Positions 18,236 to 27,626 of a stretch of 32,000 bases of DNA are shown piece after piece. Source of the stretch: Gemmata obscuriglobus (GTDB lineage: Bacteria; Planctomycetota; Planctomycetia; Gemmatales; Gemmataceae); NCBI RefSeq assembly GCF_008065095.1, contig NZ_CP042911.1, positions 5,100,001 to 5,132,000 on the forward strand, written 5' to 3'. Positions within the stretch are counted from its first letter, which is position 1, and each line of letters starts with the position of its first letter. The notes under the pieces are model-generated. The model was not told the origin of the DNA, searched no databases, and was given only the letters and a program-made list of their open reading frames with translations. Position numbers and translations under genes: made by a program.

Positions 18236-19393
18236 TCATGCCACCTTCTTCGCGTAGTGGTCGAGCCGAGGGGTGCCGGTGAGGCCCGCGAACACTTTGC
18301 GAATCTGATCGAATCCGTTACGGAGCAGGAACCCGGAGTCGCGTCCGTAACTCTTCGAGCCGAGGACGAAGTACCCCGGCTCGCCGGTCTCGGGGGCGCC
18401 GGCCGGTTCGGTCACGCGCAACCCGTCGCTGATGCGCAGGTCGGCCCGGTAGCCCACGTTCGCAATGAGCCGCTCGCACTCCCAGGCGATGGGCTTGCCG
18501 TTGCTCCGACCGGACACGCGGAAACCCTGGTTTGGGCCGTGGCAAAGGACCTCATCAATGACCGTCTGCGGGTGGAACTCGAGGTTGCCATCGCACCGGG
18601 TCGCGAGCGCGTTCGCCCGCGCCGCCAACCGGTCGCGCTCCTTGAGCGGATCGTTGGGGATGCGTGGGAGTGGCTGCCCCCGCGGGCCGCGTGTGAGCCA
18701 GACGACCCACGTATCGTTCGCTTCTTCTGCGAGCGCCGCGAGGGCACAAATGGTGGTTGCCGCAGAGTAGCTGCCGCCCACAAGGACGATGCTTTTGCCC
18801 GCGTAATGCGCTTTACGGGTGCCGAAAACGTCTTCGATGCCCCAGGCGATGTGCTGCCGGGCCGCGAGTTCGCCCACCGCGGGGATGTTGCCGTCGCCCA
18901 GACGCTGTGGGGTGATGTACGTGCCCGTGCAGTCGAGAACGACGTCCGCTGTTACGATGCCCTCTTTGCCCGCAGCGTCGCGGACCAACAGCCGGAACGG
19001 GAGCTTGTCCGCGACTTCCGATTTTTTGACGCCGGCCGCCCGCCCGACCTGAAGCACTGCAGCTTCGAGGTTGAGCGATTCGAGCAACGTTTCGGATTCG
19101 GCGATGGGGGTCGTGTAGGCTTCGAGGAACTCGCGTCCGGTGAGCAGGTCGGTTTCACCCGGAATCGTGCGCGATCCCTTCTCGTGTCTCACCTTGGCGA
19201 GACCAAGCGGCGTGACGTTCCACCCGAACGGGGTGAACAACTTGACGTGCCCCCAGCGGCGCAGGTGCTCGCCCACGGGGCCGCGGTCGAACACCGACAC
19301 CGTGAACCCGCACGTCTTCGCATACAGTGCAGCTTCGATGCCGATCGGACCCGCACCGATGACCGCCACCCGCAGCGGTTGACCCTTGACCAT
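18236..19393 (-). CDS. FAD/NAD(P)-binding oxidoreductase (pyridine-nucleotide-disulfide/flavin monooxygenase-like)
   Basis: 385 aa. There is a Rossmann GxGxxG at the N-terminus (RVAVIGAGPIGIEAALYA...VSVFDRG) and a second dinucleotide-binding motif (KSIVLVGGSYSAATT). Confidence 0.8.
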   Translation of the reverse strand: MVKGQPLRVAVIGAGPIGIEAALYAKTCGFTVSVFDRGPVGEHLRRWGHVKLFTPFGWNVTPLGLAKVRHEKGSRTIPGETDLLTGREFLEAYTTPIAESETLLESLNLEAAVLQVGRAAGVKKSEVADKLPFRLLVRDAAGKEGIVTADVVLDCTGTYITPQRLGDGNIPAVGELAARQHIAWGIEDVFGTRKAHYAGKSIVLVGGSYSAATTICALAALAEEANDTWVVWLTRGPRGQPLPRIPNDPLKERDRLAARANALATRCDGNLEFHPQTVIDEVLCHGPNQGFRVSGRSNGKPIAWECERLIANVGYRADLRISDGLRVTEPAGAPETGEPGYFVLGSKSYGRDSGFLLRNGFDQIRKVFAGLTGTPRLDHYAKKVA

Positions 19394-19405
19394 TTCTGTT
19401 CGTGT

Positions 19406-20665
19406 CCAGTAGTTTCAAGTTAGCGGCGATTTAGGAATAGCGGGCCGCATGGGTTTGCCGGTTAATGGCGGTTACCACGCCCCCATTGCCGGAGCCCCCA
19501 TGCGGCCCAAGGCCCAGTCTATCCGACCAATCCGGGGCCATGCCACCGTACACCTGCGGCCGGTGCTCACCGACTGGCTCGGTCGAGCGGTCCAACTGCC
19601 CAGGCGGCGCCGCCGGTGCACCCCGGAGGTGGTGTGGCAGGTGATCCTGTTCGCGGCCGCGTTCGCCCGGTCCGTGGCCGCCGCGTGTGCCGCCGTCGCC
19701 CCGGCCCCGTCCGGGCAGGCCATCTGGGATTGCTTGTACCTGGCGCTCCCCAAGCGGCGCCGCACCCTCGAGCGGTGGTTGCTCCCGGCCCTGCACGCAC
19801 CACTGGGGAAGCGGAGGCGGGCCGCGCGGGTGGCCATCGACTACCACCGGATCGGGTACTTCGGGACACTGAACCGGGACACGACCCGGTCCAAGGAGGC
19901 CGGGGCACCCACAACTTCCACACGTACGCCACCGCGTGTCTCGTCGGGGGGCCGGACCGATACACGGTCGGGGTGACCGCGGTAGGCGAGAAGGAGCCCA
20001 TGACCGACGTGCTCACCCGGTTGCTGGATCAGCTGACGGCCGCACGAGTTACGGTCCGGGTGGCGCTGCTGGATAAGGCGTTCTTCACGATCGCGGTGAT
20101 GCGGTTGCTCCAGTCCCACAACGTGCCGTTCGTGATCCCCGCGGTGGTCCTGGGGCGGAAACCCCGACCCGGTGTCCCGGCCGTCGGGTTGCGGGCCCTG
20201 CGGCGGCGCCGGGCGGGCCGGTACACGTACACCCACGCGGACCGGGGGACCTCGGTCCGCAGCGGCCTGGTGATTGCGCACAAGAGCGACCGGCATCGGA
20301 AGACCGGGGGCCGGCGGACCAAGACGCTCCTGTACGCGCCCTGGCGGGTAACCGGTGCCCCGGTTCCGATCCGGGACCTGTACCGGCGACGGTTCGGGAT
20401 CGAGAGCAGCTACCGCCGGCTGGGTCAGGTGCGGCCCCGAACCTCGACGACCAACGGGGTGGTGCGGTTGCTGTGGGTGGCCGTGGGCCTGATCCTCCGC
20501 AACGCCTGGATCCGGTTCCGAACGGCACGCGGCCCGGGGTGGGCGCTGACAACCGTGTGCCTGATCCTGCTGGCCGACAGCTTAGCATCGCCAACAATTA
20601 TCCGCCAGCTACTCACTGACGTGGCTAACGGTAGCAATCCCAGACCGCCTACTTGAAACTACTGG
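19406..20665 (+). mobile_element. ISH3-like element (1260 bp)
   Basis: It has 15-bp perfect terminal inverted repeats, ccagtagtttcaagt (19406-19420) and acttgaaactactgg (20651-20665), extendable with mismatches. No matching target-site duplication was seen. Confidence 0.7.
19449..20656 (+). pseudogene. ISH3-family (IS4-superfamily) transposase, frameshifted
   Basis: The N-part runs to about 19905 (VAIDYHRIGYFG...RSKEAG). The remainder is in another frame (GTHNFHTYATACLV, ALLDKAFFT, YRRRFGIESSYRRLGQ). Confidence 0.7.
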
Positions 20666-20963
20666 ATTTGGTATGATAGAAATGGAACTTGGCCGCGTAC
20701 TGGCAATCGGGGCAAGTCACGCTGCACCCGACGTACCCTTTTTTTCTGGCTTGCCGGACATCGGTGACGAGATTCTGACCGGCATCGCGGAACTCGGTGT
20801 CGATGGCCCCGAACTCCTCGGCTTCGGGAACATCGACGGCCCGCTCGACCATCTGCCGCACGACCTGCTCGATTTGGGGCCGCAGTTGCTCCACGACGGC
20901 TTCAATGCGTTCCTCGCGGCTGGGTTCGGGAGCCGAGGATTTCTTGGGGTTGGTCGCCGACAT
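20666..20963 (-). pseudogene. N-terminal fragment of an ISKra4-like transposase
   Basis: MSATNPKKSSAPEPSREERIEAVVEQL...KKGYVGCSVTCPDCQYAAKFHFYH shows a charged helical N-terminus plus a CxxC zinc-ribbon. The frame runs straight into the ISH3-like right inverted repeat. Confidence 0.45.
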
Positions 20964-21192
20964 GAGAACCTCCACGGGCGATGTCGGAAGCGGATTTGCT
21001 CAAGCCCCGGTAAGATAGTCCGTCGCCGCTGAACTTCCCACCCAAATACAAGCCGCACGCCCCGCCGCGCGGAACGGTGAAGAAACCTTTTGCGACCGAT
21101 ACCGAATTCCGGTAAACTTGCACTCACTTCTCAGAGCGGTCACGCCGCCCTGCGCTCCTCAAGCCCTCCCACCCCACTGCGGAGCCCTGTCC

Positions 21193-22662
21193 ATGCTCGT
21201 CATTCCTGGTGCGGCCGCGAAAAGTGATTGTGACCGCGTCACCCGGCGCGACCTGCTCCGCATTGGCGGGTCCGGCGTTTTGGGCGTCACCCTTGCCGAC
21301 CTTCTCGCGCTTCAGAAAGCCAGCGCGAGCACGAACAAGTCCGAGGTCGGCGGCGGTCCCGGATTCGGGAAGGCCAAAAGCGTCATCTTCATTTATCTCC
21401 AGGGCGGTCCCAGCCACCTCGACCTGTGGGACCCGAAGGACAACGTTCCGGACAAGGTGAAGAGCGTTTTCAAGCACCAGCAAACCAAGCTCACTGGCAC
21501 GCACGTCACCGAGTTGCTTCCGAAGCTGTCACAGGTGCTCGATAAGACCACCCTCATGCGGGCGGTCAGCTACACGCCTTACGGGCTGTTCAACCACACG
21601 GCCGCCATCTACCAGATGCACACCGGGTACACCACCGATAAGGTCAGTGCCTCCGGCCAACTCGAGCCGCCCAGCCCCAAAGACTTCCCGACGCTGGGTT
21701 CGAACATCATCAAGATGAAGCCGCCGACGGTGCCGATGCTGCCGTTCGTGATGATGCCCCGGCCGCTGCAAGAGTCCAACGTGGTCGGAAAGGGCGGCAC
21801 CGCCGGCTTCCTCGGCAAGGGGTACGAACCGTACACCCTGTACCCGTCCGGCGACGACATGGACATGGCGAAGATGAACCGCATCCGCACCGACGACCTC
21901 AAGCTGCGCGATGAACTCACCCCAGTCCGGATGGAGAAACGGGCCACACTCCGCGAGACCATCTCGAAGGGGATGCCCGAAATCGAAGCGGCGGTCGCGA
22001 AGCACGACCTCGACGAGTACTACGGTAAGGCACTCGGCCTCGTCGTGAGCGGCCGCGCGAAGAAGGCGTTCGAACTCGCCGAGGAGAAGGCCGAGCTGCG
22101 CGAAAGGTACGGAAAGAACACCTTCGGGCAGTGCCTGCTCCTGGCCCGCCGGCTGGTGGAAGCCGGAACGCGGTTCGTGGAAGTCGTGTGGCCGAAGGTC
22201 GCCAACAGCGACAACCACTCGTGGGATGTCCACGTCGGCCTCTCGAAGCGCATGAAGGACCAGGCCGCGCCGATGCTGGACGCCGGACTCTCGGCCCTCA
22301 TCACCGATCTGGACGAGCGAGGCCTGCTCAAAGAGACCCTCGTCGTGTGCGTGGGCGAGTTCGGCCGCAGCCCGCAACGGGGCGTCAGCACTTCCGGCAA
22401 CCAAAACTCCGAAGACGGCCGGGACCACTGGCCGTACTGCTACACCGGGGTCATCGCCGGCGCCGGGGTCAAGCGTGGGTACGTTCACGGCAAGAGCGAC
22501 AAGACGGCCAGTGCGCCGGTCGAAGGCGCGATCCACCCGACCGAGTTGCTCGCGACCATCTACCACTCTGTCGGAATCAAGCCGGACACGATCGTGTACA
22601 ACCATCTTAATCAGCCACGTGAGCTAGTGAAAGGCGAGGTCGTGAGCGGGTTGTTGGGTTGA
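21193..22662 (+). CDS. DUF1501 domain protein with Tat-type signal
   Basis: The ORF track starts at 21118, but the likely start is the ATG at 21193 ([28 protein letters not shown]). Motifs are [27 protein letters not shown] and GRDHWP. Confidence 0.85.
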   Translation: MLVIPGAAAKSDCDRVTRRDLLRIGGSGVLGVTLADLLALQKASASTNKSEVGGGPGFGKAKSVIFIYLQGGPSHLDLWDPKDNVPDKVKSVFKHQQTKLTGTHVTELLPKLSQVLDKTTLMRAVSYTPYGLFNHTAAIYQMHTGYTTDKVSASGQLEPPSPKDFPTLGSNIIKMKPPTVPMLPFVMMPRPLQESNVVGKGGTAGFLGKGYEPYTLYPSGDDMDMAKMNRIRTDDLKLRDELTPVRMEKRATLRETISKGMPEIEAAVAKHDLDEYYGKALGLVVSGRAKKAFELAEEKAELRERYGKNTFGQCLLLARRLVEAGTRFVEVVWPKVANSDNHSWDVHVGLSKRMKDQAAPMLDAGLSALITDLDERGLLKETLVVCVGEFGRSPQRGVSTSGNQNSEDGRDHWPYCYTGVIAGAGVKRGYVHGKSDKTASAPVEGAIHPTELLATIYHSVGIKPDTIVYNHLNQPRELVKGEVVSGLLG

Positions 22663-22700
22663 TCCGACACCGCCACCGAAACCGGTGAACATAACGTTAC

Positions 22701-22736
22701 AACCGCTTGGGCTTATTGCCTGAGCGGTTTTTCTTG
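22701..22736 (+). terminator. Possible intrinsic terminator after DUF1501 gene
   Basis: aaccgct..ggc-ttatt-gcc..agcggtt forms a hairpin followed by tttttctt, about 40 nt after the stop at 22662. The stem is interrupted by a 2x2 internal loop. Confidence 0.35.
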
Positions 22737-22929
22737 CGCCCGCTCCAACCACCGCAGAGCGCCGTGCCTACCCAGGCATCCGAAACGGGTTTGCTTCACA
22801 GCAGGGCGGTGGCACAGTTGAGCAGTCGCTACCAGCCGGGTGCAACCTTGTCCGTAGCGAACCGGACCGAAACTGGTAATATGGCCTTACTCGGCGTTTC
22901 AATTATGTGCCGCCACAGGAAGCCGCCAC

Positions 22930-23868
22930 ATGGCCGACCTGCCCGCCGCCCCGCCGGCACCCGATGCTCCGCTGATACTCGTCGCCGACGACTCACTGCT
23001 GGAACAGCGGTACGTCGCCCGCATTCTCGAACAGCAGGGCGGTTGGCGAGCGGTGTTCGCGCGCAACGGCGAGGAGGCGTTAGCGCTGCTCGCCAAGACC
23101 CAACCGGCGCTGCTGTTGACCGACATGAACATGCCGCGTATGGACGGGCTGACGCTCGTTGAAAAGGTGCGCGAGAAGCACCCGCACGTCCCCGTAGTCC
23201 TCATGACCGGTAGCGGGAGCGAGCGGCTGGCGGTGGCGGCACTCAAGGCCGGTGCCGCGGATTACGTCGCCAAACAGGCGCTGAGCCACGACCTCATCAG
23301 CGTTCTCGATCGGGTCTTATCAGCCGGTCAGGCGGCGCTCCGGCGGTACGAAGTGCTGCGAGGCATGACGCGGCGCAGTTCGCAGTACGTTCTGGAAAAC
23401 GACCCTACTCTTGTGCCGCCGCTTGTGGCACAGTTCCGCGAAGACCTGATCGAAATGGGGCTGTGCGACGTGACCGGCGCGACGCGGGCCGGCATCGCGC
23501 TGGAAGAAGCACTGCTCAACGCCGTGTACCACGGGAACTTGGAAGTCAGTTCGGAACTGCGCGAGGGCGGCGACAGCGCGTTTCACAAACTCGCGGCCGA
23601 GCGGCGGTTCCAGTCACCCTACGCCGAGCGCCGGGTGCGGGTGGCCGCGCGACTGACGTCCGCCCAAGCGACCTTCGTGGTGTTGGATCAAGGGCCCGGC
23701 TTCGATGTGAGTAAGTTGCCGGACCCGACAGAGGACATCTTCATCGAACGGGCGAGCGGGCGCGGCATCCTGCTCATGCGGGCGTTCATGGATGAAGTGC
23801 GGTACAGCGCCACCGGCAACCGCGTCACGATGGTAAAGCGCCGCGACCGCGCGTCCAGCGATGAGTGA
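22930..23868 (+). CDS. Response-regulator receiver fused to an RsbW/SpoIIAB-type HATPase_c_2 domain
   Basis: 312 aa. The receiver shows LILVADDS, LLLTDMNMPRMDG, VVLMTGSGS and GAADYVAKQ. The C-terminal part shows EEALLNAVYHGNLEVSS, VVLDQGPGFD and GRGILLMRAFMDEVRY. Confidence 0.8.
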   Translation: MADLPAAPPAPDAPLILVADDSLLEQRYVARILEQQGGWRAVFARNGEEALALLAKTQPALLLTDMNMPRMDGLTLVEKVREKHPHVPVVLMTGSGSERLAVAALKAGAADYVAKQALSHDLISVLDRVLSAGQAALRRYEVLRGMTRRSSQYVLENDPTLVPPLVAQFREDLIEMGLCDVTGATRAGIALEEALLNAVYHGNLEVSSELREGGDSAFHKLAAERRFQSPYAERRVRVAARLTSAQATFVVLDQGPGFDVSKLPDPTEDIFIERASGRGILLMRAFMDEVRYSATGNRVTMVKRRDRASSDE

Positions 23869-23885
23869 AGTTCATCCGATTCCGA

Positions 23886-23904
23886 CCCCCGACGATCCCG
23901 GGGG
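23886..23904 (+). terminator. GC hairpin downstream of REC-HATPase gene (weak terminator candidate)
   Basis: cccccg-acgatcc-cggggg forms a 6-bp stem with a 7-nt loop, 18 nt after the stop. There is no U-tract. Confidence 0.2.
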
Positions 23905-23933
23905 CCGGTCGACCCCTTGTCTCGTGACGTGAT

Positions 23934-24488
23934 TTGCCCATTATACCCTACTCGGCGGCAGTTGATCTTTTTCTTGTCGTCCGTACAAGAATCCCTGAAT
24001 CGGTGTTCGGATCTCTGCTCGGGGGTCGCCAATGGGTATTGTGGTTCCGCCCCACCCTTTCGCCCGAGGAACAAACCCGGGTGTCGGCCGACCGGAATGA
24101 GCACCCGGACCCGGTGGTGCGGCGCAAGATGCTGGTGCTGTGGGCCATACACCTGGGGCACTCGCGACCGCAGGCCGCGGACCTGGCCGGGGTCGGCGTC
24201 GCCACAGCCAAGCGGTACGTGCTCGCGTACCGGGACGGCGGGTTGGACCAACTGGTGCTGGTGCGATGCAACCGCCACATCCCCACCAGCGCGCTCGCCG
24301 ACCACGCCGAGGCCATTACGCGGTCCCTCACCGCGCAACCGGTGCGTACCACGGCCGAAGCCATCGAGCGGATCCACCAGCTCACCGGGCTGCGCCGCGG
24401 GCTCACCCAGACCCGCACGTTCCTGGCCGGGCTCGGGTTCACATGGCAGCGGTCCCGGGCCGTCCCGGTGCCCCCAAAAAGTCGCTGA
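23934..24488 (+). CDS. IS630-family transposase N-terminal HTH ORF (copy 2)
   Basis: HPDPVVRRKMLVLWAIHLGHSRPQAADLAGVGVATAKRYV...RIHQLTGLRRGLTQTRTFLAGLGFTW. It ends just after a C5A5 run (24471-24480), where a -1 shift continues into the DDE frame (KKSLTEHVQIQRQFL). The true start is unclear. Confidence 0.6.
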   Translation: MPIIPYSAAVDLFLVVRTRIPESVFGSLLGGRQWVLWFRPTLSPEEQTRVSADRNEHPDPVVRRKMLVLWAIHLGHSRPQAADLAGVGVATAKRYVLAYRDGGLDQLVLVRCNRHIPTSALADHAEAITRSLTAQPVRTTAEAIERIHQLTGLRRGLTQTRTFLAGLGFTWQRSRAVPVPPKSR

Positions 24489-24626
24489 CCGAGCACGTTC
24501 AGATCCAGCGGCAGTTCCTCGGCACCGAACTACAACCGACCTTGGACGCGGCCGCCGGCACCGGGCACGTCCTGTTCGTGGACGCCGCTCACTTCGTGTA
24601 CGGCACGTTCTTGTGTTGCCTGTGGT

Positions 24627-26122
24627 CAGACCATTCACGGTGCAGCCGCTTGCCTATAAGGTGCCACCAGGTAAGGACTTGGCAAGGCTTGGGCGAGGGC
24701 GCAGCCATGCTCTTCGGTGGGGTATTCGAGAGCTTTCTCAAGGCCCGTCCGTTGAGTGTGATGGCGCGGGCCACCATCGAACATGCACTCTCGGCCTCGG
24801 CCCTCGATGACCTGTTCGACCGGACCGCCGAACGCGGCTACACCCGGGAATTGCTGTTCTCCACCACCGTCGACCTGATGAGCCTGGTCGTCGGCGGCAA
24901 GGCTCTCCACGTCCAGGCCGCGTACCCACACCTCCGCGAGCGAGTTCCCGTCACCCTCAGGAGCGTGTACGACGAGCTCCGCAACATCGAGACGGGTGTT
25001 TCGGCGGCCGTGGTCACTCACGTGTCGGGCCGGTGCCAGGCGCCGATCGCCGAGTTGGGTGGGGCGTGCAAGAGCCTGCTGCCGGGCTACCGGGTGCGGA
25101 TCCTCGATGGCAACCACCTGGCCGCCACCCAGAGGCGACTGGACGTCACCCGGGGGCACACCGCCGGCCCCCTGCCCGGACAGAGTCTGGTCGTCCTCGG
25201 CCCGGCCCTGATGCTGATCACCGACATCGTTGCGTGCGAGGACGCCCACACCCAGGAGCGGGCGTTGATCGAGCACGTCTTGCCTCTGGTGGAGGAGCGG
25301 GACGTCTGGGCCGGGGACCGCAACTTCTGCACGGTGGAGTTCCTGCGGGGGGTGGCCGATCGGCGGGCTCATGTCGTCACCCGCCGCCACGGGAACCTGA
25401 GCGTCGAGCCCGAGACGGAGTACGGGGGCGAGGTCGAGACGGATCGGGGCGGGGTGAGCGATCGGCGGGTGAAGGTCTGTCGGGGCAGGCACCGGGTGCT
25501 GCGGATGCGGCAGGTGCGCGTGCGCCTGAAGGAGCCGACCGAGGACGGGGACTCGGAGGTGGAGGTCCTGACCGACCTGCCGGGCAAGGTGTCCGCGGTG
25601 CGGGTGGCGGAGATCTACCTCAAGAGGTGGCAGATCGAGGGGCCTTCCACGAGTTGACCGTCGCTCTGAACTGCGAGGTGAACACGTTGGGCTACCCGCG
25701 GGCGGCGTTGTTCGGGTTCTGCGTGGCGGTGGCGGCGTACAACGTGCGGTCCGTGCTGAAGGCCGCTCTGCGAGCGGTCCACGGGGAGCAGAAGGTCCGG
25801 GAAGAGGTGTCGGGGTATTACATGGCGTTGGAGTGGGCGATGGTGTACCCGGAGATGATGATCGCCTTGCCCGCTGCGGAGTGGGAGGTGTTCGGTCGGA
25901 TGCCGGGCGAAGAGTTGGCCGCCTCCCTGCGTGAGTGGGCGGGCCAGATCAACCTGGAGAGGATCAAGAACGCGCCGCCCCGGAAGCCCACGAAGGAGAA
26001 AACCCGACGGATCAAAGACAAGAGCCCACATGTTTCGACCGCCCGTCTGATCGACGAAGCGAAGAAGGCTCGCCAAGCCAAAGCCAACAAGAATCAGTGA
26101 GTCGCACACCGTGAATGGCCTG
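24627..26122 (+). mobile_element. IS4-like element copy A (1496 bp), complete
   Basis: The inverted repeats are cagaccattcacggtg (24627) and caccgtgaatggcctg (ending 26122). A 12-bp direct target duplication, gttgcctgtggt, lies at 24615-24626 and 26123-26134. Confidence 0.85.
24707..26100 (+). pseudogene. IS4-like DDE transposase requiring a -1 frame change at 25639-25642
   Basis: Frame 1 reads MLFGGVFESF...VRILDGNHL...VWAGDRNFC...YLKRWQIEG then stops. The -1 frame continues AFHELTVALNCEVNTLGYP... to 26100. The break is at a GGGG run inside the catalytic E (YREK) motif. Confidence 0.8.
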
Positions 26123-26144
26123 GTTGCCTGTGGTCCATCGCCCG

Positions 26145-27626
26145 GTATCCGTTCACGGGGTCGCGAGCGGAGTGGGGATGAGTGATGGGGCGGGTGTGCC
26201 GTTTCGAGCGGCCTGAATAGCGTCCGTGAGGAAGGCCAGGACGTCCCGCCCCTGCTGCCGGCACGAGGCCACGGCGGTGAGCACCCGCTCGACGAAACGG
26301 CTGCCGCGTGCGGAGTCGGTGCCGTAGCTGGTCTTGCGCCAGCACACCGCGTGGCGCAGCGCCCGCTCGGCCGCGTTGTTGGTCGGCTCCACGCCCGCAA
26401 CCGCCGCGAACGTGTACAGCGCACCCGACACGGCCAGCAGCTCCCGGCACACGCCGGCCGTCCGGGCGTAACGGCACTCGCGCCCGCGCCTCAGCAGCAC
26501 GTGGACGCCGGCACGAATCCCCTGGAGGTGGTGCGAACGGAACCGGTGGCCGGTCAGGGTCCCATCCCGGACCCGCTTCCACGCGCCAGCAGGTCGTCGG
26601 CGAGAGCCAACAGACCGTGGCCGATTGAGGTGCCGTCGTTGCCCCGGTCGATCATCGCCTGGAAGTCCCGCCGCAGGTGCGCCCAGCACACCTGACGGCG
26701 GTCGGCCTCCAGGTGGGAATAGGCCGGGTACCGGTCGGTGGTCAGCACCCCCAGTGTTCCGGGGATCAACTCGCCCAGGACCTTGCGGGCACGGGAGGGG
26801 CGGATCACGAACGCCGTGACCCCGGCGGTCACGGCGACCCACAGCCAGGCCCGCTTGCGGCCCTCACGCCACCCGGTCTCGTCCACGTTGGCCGGCCTCC
26901 CGACGAGGTGGGCCCGGACCGCGGCCGCGACCGGTTCCCGGGCGGTAGCCGTCCGGTGCTGGAGGTCGCACACGGCCGCCGGGCTGATGGGCACGCCGAA
27001 CAGGTCGCCCATCACCCGGGCGACGCCCCGCTTGCCGATCCGGTACGCCCCGGTCAGGACCGCGCAGGCGGCCTGGGTCCGGGGGCCGTACCCGCCCCGG
27101 ATCCCGGGCGGCAGGGCCGGGCGCACCCCCCGCCCGCAGTTCGGGCAGGTGAGCCGGTGCCGTCGGTACTCGGTCACCTGGGGCCGCACCGGCGGGAGTT
27201 CGAGCACCTGGTCGCGGAGCGGTTGCGGGTCGGTCCCGGAGAGCGGGCGGGCGCACCGGTCGCAGGCGTCGGTGAGCAGGTCGACGACCGTGTCCGGGGG
27301 CAGGTCCGGGCGGGCCCGCTTGGGGTGCCCGGGTTGCCCGCCGCGCCGCTTGCCGGTCGCCTTCTGGGTCGGGGCGGCCTTGACCTGCGGGCCGTCAGAC
27401 GACGGGGGCTTGGACGAGTTGGACGAGCTCTGGTTGAGCCGGGCTTCCAGGTCCGCGATCCGGGCTTCCAAACCGGTGACCACCGCCACGATGGCGGGCC
27501 GCAGGTCGGATGGGATCGCGTCCCACAGGTCCGCAGGGATGGAAGCAGGTCGGGTCATGTGGCCAAGAAGAACCCGAACCGTGATCGCCGGTCAACCCGA
27601 ACACCCAACGGGCCGTGAACGGTTAC
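26145..27626 (-). mobile_element. IS66-family element copy 2 (1482 bp), complete ends
   Basis: The inverted repeats are gtatccgttcacgggg (26145) and ccgtgaacggttac (ending 27626). An 8-bp target duplication, atcgcccg, lies at 26137-26144 and 27627-27634. It has a single transposase ORF and no tnpA/tnpB. Confidence 0.9.
26153..27558 (-). pseudogene. IS66-family transposase with one frameshift
   Basis: The N-part is 26554-27558 (leucine-zipper-like N-terminus, CPNCG zinc motif, NVDETGWREG). The C-part is 26153-~26590 (GAWKRVRDG...VEPTNNAAERALRHAVCWRKTSYGTDS). Compared with copy 1, one G is missing near 26590. Confidence 0.85.

Noticed and set aside
18212-19423. 403-aa plus-strand ORF opposite the oxidoreductase
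   Set aside because: It is a shadow ORF. The minus-strand frame carries two Rossmann motifs and sensible composition, while the plus frame is Arg/Ala/Glu-rich with no motifs.
21529-22605. 358-aa minus-strand ORF covering most of the second DUF1501 gene
   Set aside because: It is antisense to a gene with clear DUF1501 motifs. Its composition is dominated by Arg/Gly/Val/His runs typical of shadow frames in high-GC DNA, and it has no recognisable motif.
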